From assembly GCA_964608425.1 (NCBI GenBank), contig CAZSNN010000005.1, positions 1 through 35,389 on the forward strand: a stretch of DNA of 35,389 nt, written 5' to 3'. The translations under genes were made by a program, and so were the position numbers. Positions within the stretch are counted from its first letter, which is position 1. The number at the start of each line of letters is the position of its first letter. Below the pieces are notes generated by a model. It worked only from the letters and a program-made list of their open reading frames with translations. It did not search any database and was not told the DNA's origin. Shown one piece after another: positions 34,666 through 35,389 of the stretch. The stretch comes from an uncultured Gammaproteobacteria bacterium. Its GTDB lineage: Bacteria > Patescibacteriota > Patescibacteriia > Patescibacteriales > UBA12465.

Positions 34666-35388
34666 TTATTCATTTTTCAAGCAACGAACCGAATAACCAA
34701 TATCCTGATTATAAGAACTGCGAGTGACTTCATTAAGGCTAGATGCCAAGAGACGGCTCCAAGAAATACCAGGAAGACCCTCAGATGATGACCAAAAACG
34801 AGCGATGCCTCCGAGAAAAACGAAATTACCAAGGCCACTGCGGGCACCGGCTGGCAAAGCTGTAAAACCTGAAGTATTAATACCATCCCAGGAGATTGGA
34901 TTAGTTGGAGAGGCTTTTAAATATGTTCCAGCCGGAGAACATCCAGTATCAGGGTTGCAGGATGGATGAGATATAACAGCTCTAGTTAAAGTAGTCCATT
35001 CAGCATCAGTTGGTACGTGCCAGCCTGTTGGACAAATACTTATTTGGTCAACTGCATACCAATTATATAATACTCCATAGGTGGAATAATTAGGTTCAGC
35101 TTTGGCAGTAGCTACATCACTTCCGTCATAACCATAAACACCATAACCAGGTAACTCACTAGATCCTTGGGTGGCAAATTCAATATTATTATTAACTTCT
35201 GGTAAATAAGCTAGGTTTTCTTGAAACCAACATTGATCACCGATAGCTACGGTATTATAGACATTACTATCTCTCTCATCAGTGATAGGATCACCACAGG
35301 CCCAGGCTGGAGTTGAAGGAGTGTTTGGAGTAAGAGAGATTCCTGATGATGGAGGTGGAATATGTGGCAAATAAATATTTTTTACTCC
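34666..35388 (-). CDS. FISUMP (Fibrobacter succinogenes major paralogous, C-type lectin fold) domain protein, 5' end outside the window
   Basis: CGDPITDERD..Y.TV.IG.QCWFQENL, YGVLYNWYA, ICPTGWHVPTDAEW, SGFTALPAG, FWSSS, GYSVRCLK. The frame is open to the window edge (...GVKNIYLPHIP...), so TTG 35370 is probably not the start. Confidence 0.88.
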   Translation of the reverse strand, partial: GVKNIYLPHIPPPSSGISLTPNTPSTPAWACGDPITDERDSNVYNTVAIGDQCWFQENLAYLPEVNNNIEFATQGSSELPGYGVYGYDGSDVATAKAEPNYSTYGVLYNWYAVDQISICPTGWHVPTDAEWTTLTRAVISHPSCNPDTGCSPAGTYLKASPTNPISWDGINTSGFTALPAGARSGLGNFVFLGGIARFWSSSEGLPGISWSRLLASSLNEVTRSSYNQDIGYSVRCLKNE

Positions 35389-35389
35389 A

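Noticed and set aside
1406-34969. Short ORF-track entries antisense to or nested in real genes (for example 1406, 2121, 3677, 5459, 15612, 16593, 18441, 19897, 21369, 22772, 26532, 27380, 28040, 30802, 34677, 34724)
   Set aside because: They lie within well-supported genes, show no family motifs and have shadow-ORF composition.
1-35389. DGR template repeat, reverse transcriptase, CRISPR array, IS element or integrase
   Set aside because: I saw no second copy of the FISUMP 3' region, no RT (YxDD) ORF, no regularly spaced repeats and no transposase or recombinase motifs. This was by eye, so short repeats could have been missed.

Overview
This window is low-GC chromosomal DNA (roughly 28-30% by eye, not computed) read with the standard code 11. 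Gene content, compactness and the absence of Shine-Dalgarno sites suggest a CPR/Patescibacteria (Parcubacteria-like) bacterium; that assignment is inference. There are 35 credible CDS, 32 of them on the minus strand, plus tRNA-Gln(CTG). From left to right: tRNA-Gln, HIT, lysS and greA; a five-gene glycan operon (flippase, GT4, GT2, O-antigen-ligase/OTase-like protein, TraX-like acylase); an orphan OmpR-family regulator; murI, an HD hydrolase, an IMPDH/GMPR-family enzyme, tspO, a lycopene-cyclase-like membrane protein, a VIT protein and uvrC; uvrA; a thioredoxin-DsbD fusion; uvrB and rlmH; a DksA/TraR-like protein; a polyprenol-kinase-like protein; an AlkD-like protein; a baseplate-J-like membrane protein; dnaE; parAB; and the 3' part of a FISUMP (Fib_succ_major) gene. 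I found no CRISPR array, transposase, integrase, intein or reverse transcriptase. The strongest leads are: (1) an adenine-depleted C-terminus in the FISUMP gene that looks like a DGR variable region, with no template or RT in the window; (2) matching domain losses across UvrA, UvrB and UvrC; (3) a gene whose likely N-terminus is split off by a -1 shift in an A8 run; (4) a possible pilin/surface-protein glycosylation-plus-acylation operon, divergent from an orphan regulator with 11-bp-period repeats between them; (5) a CDS whose stop codon lies inside the tRNA gene.
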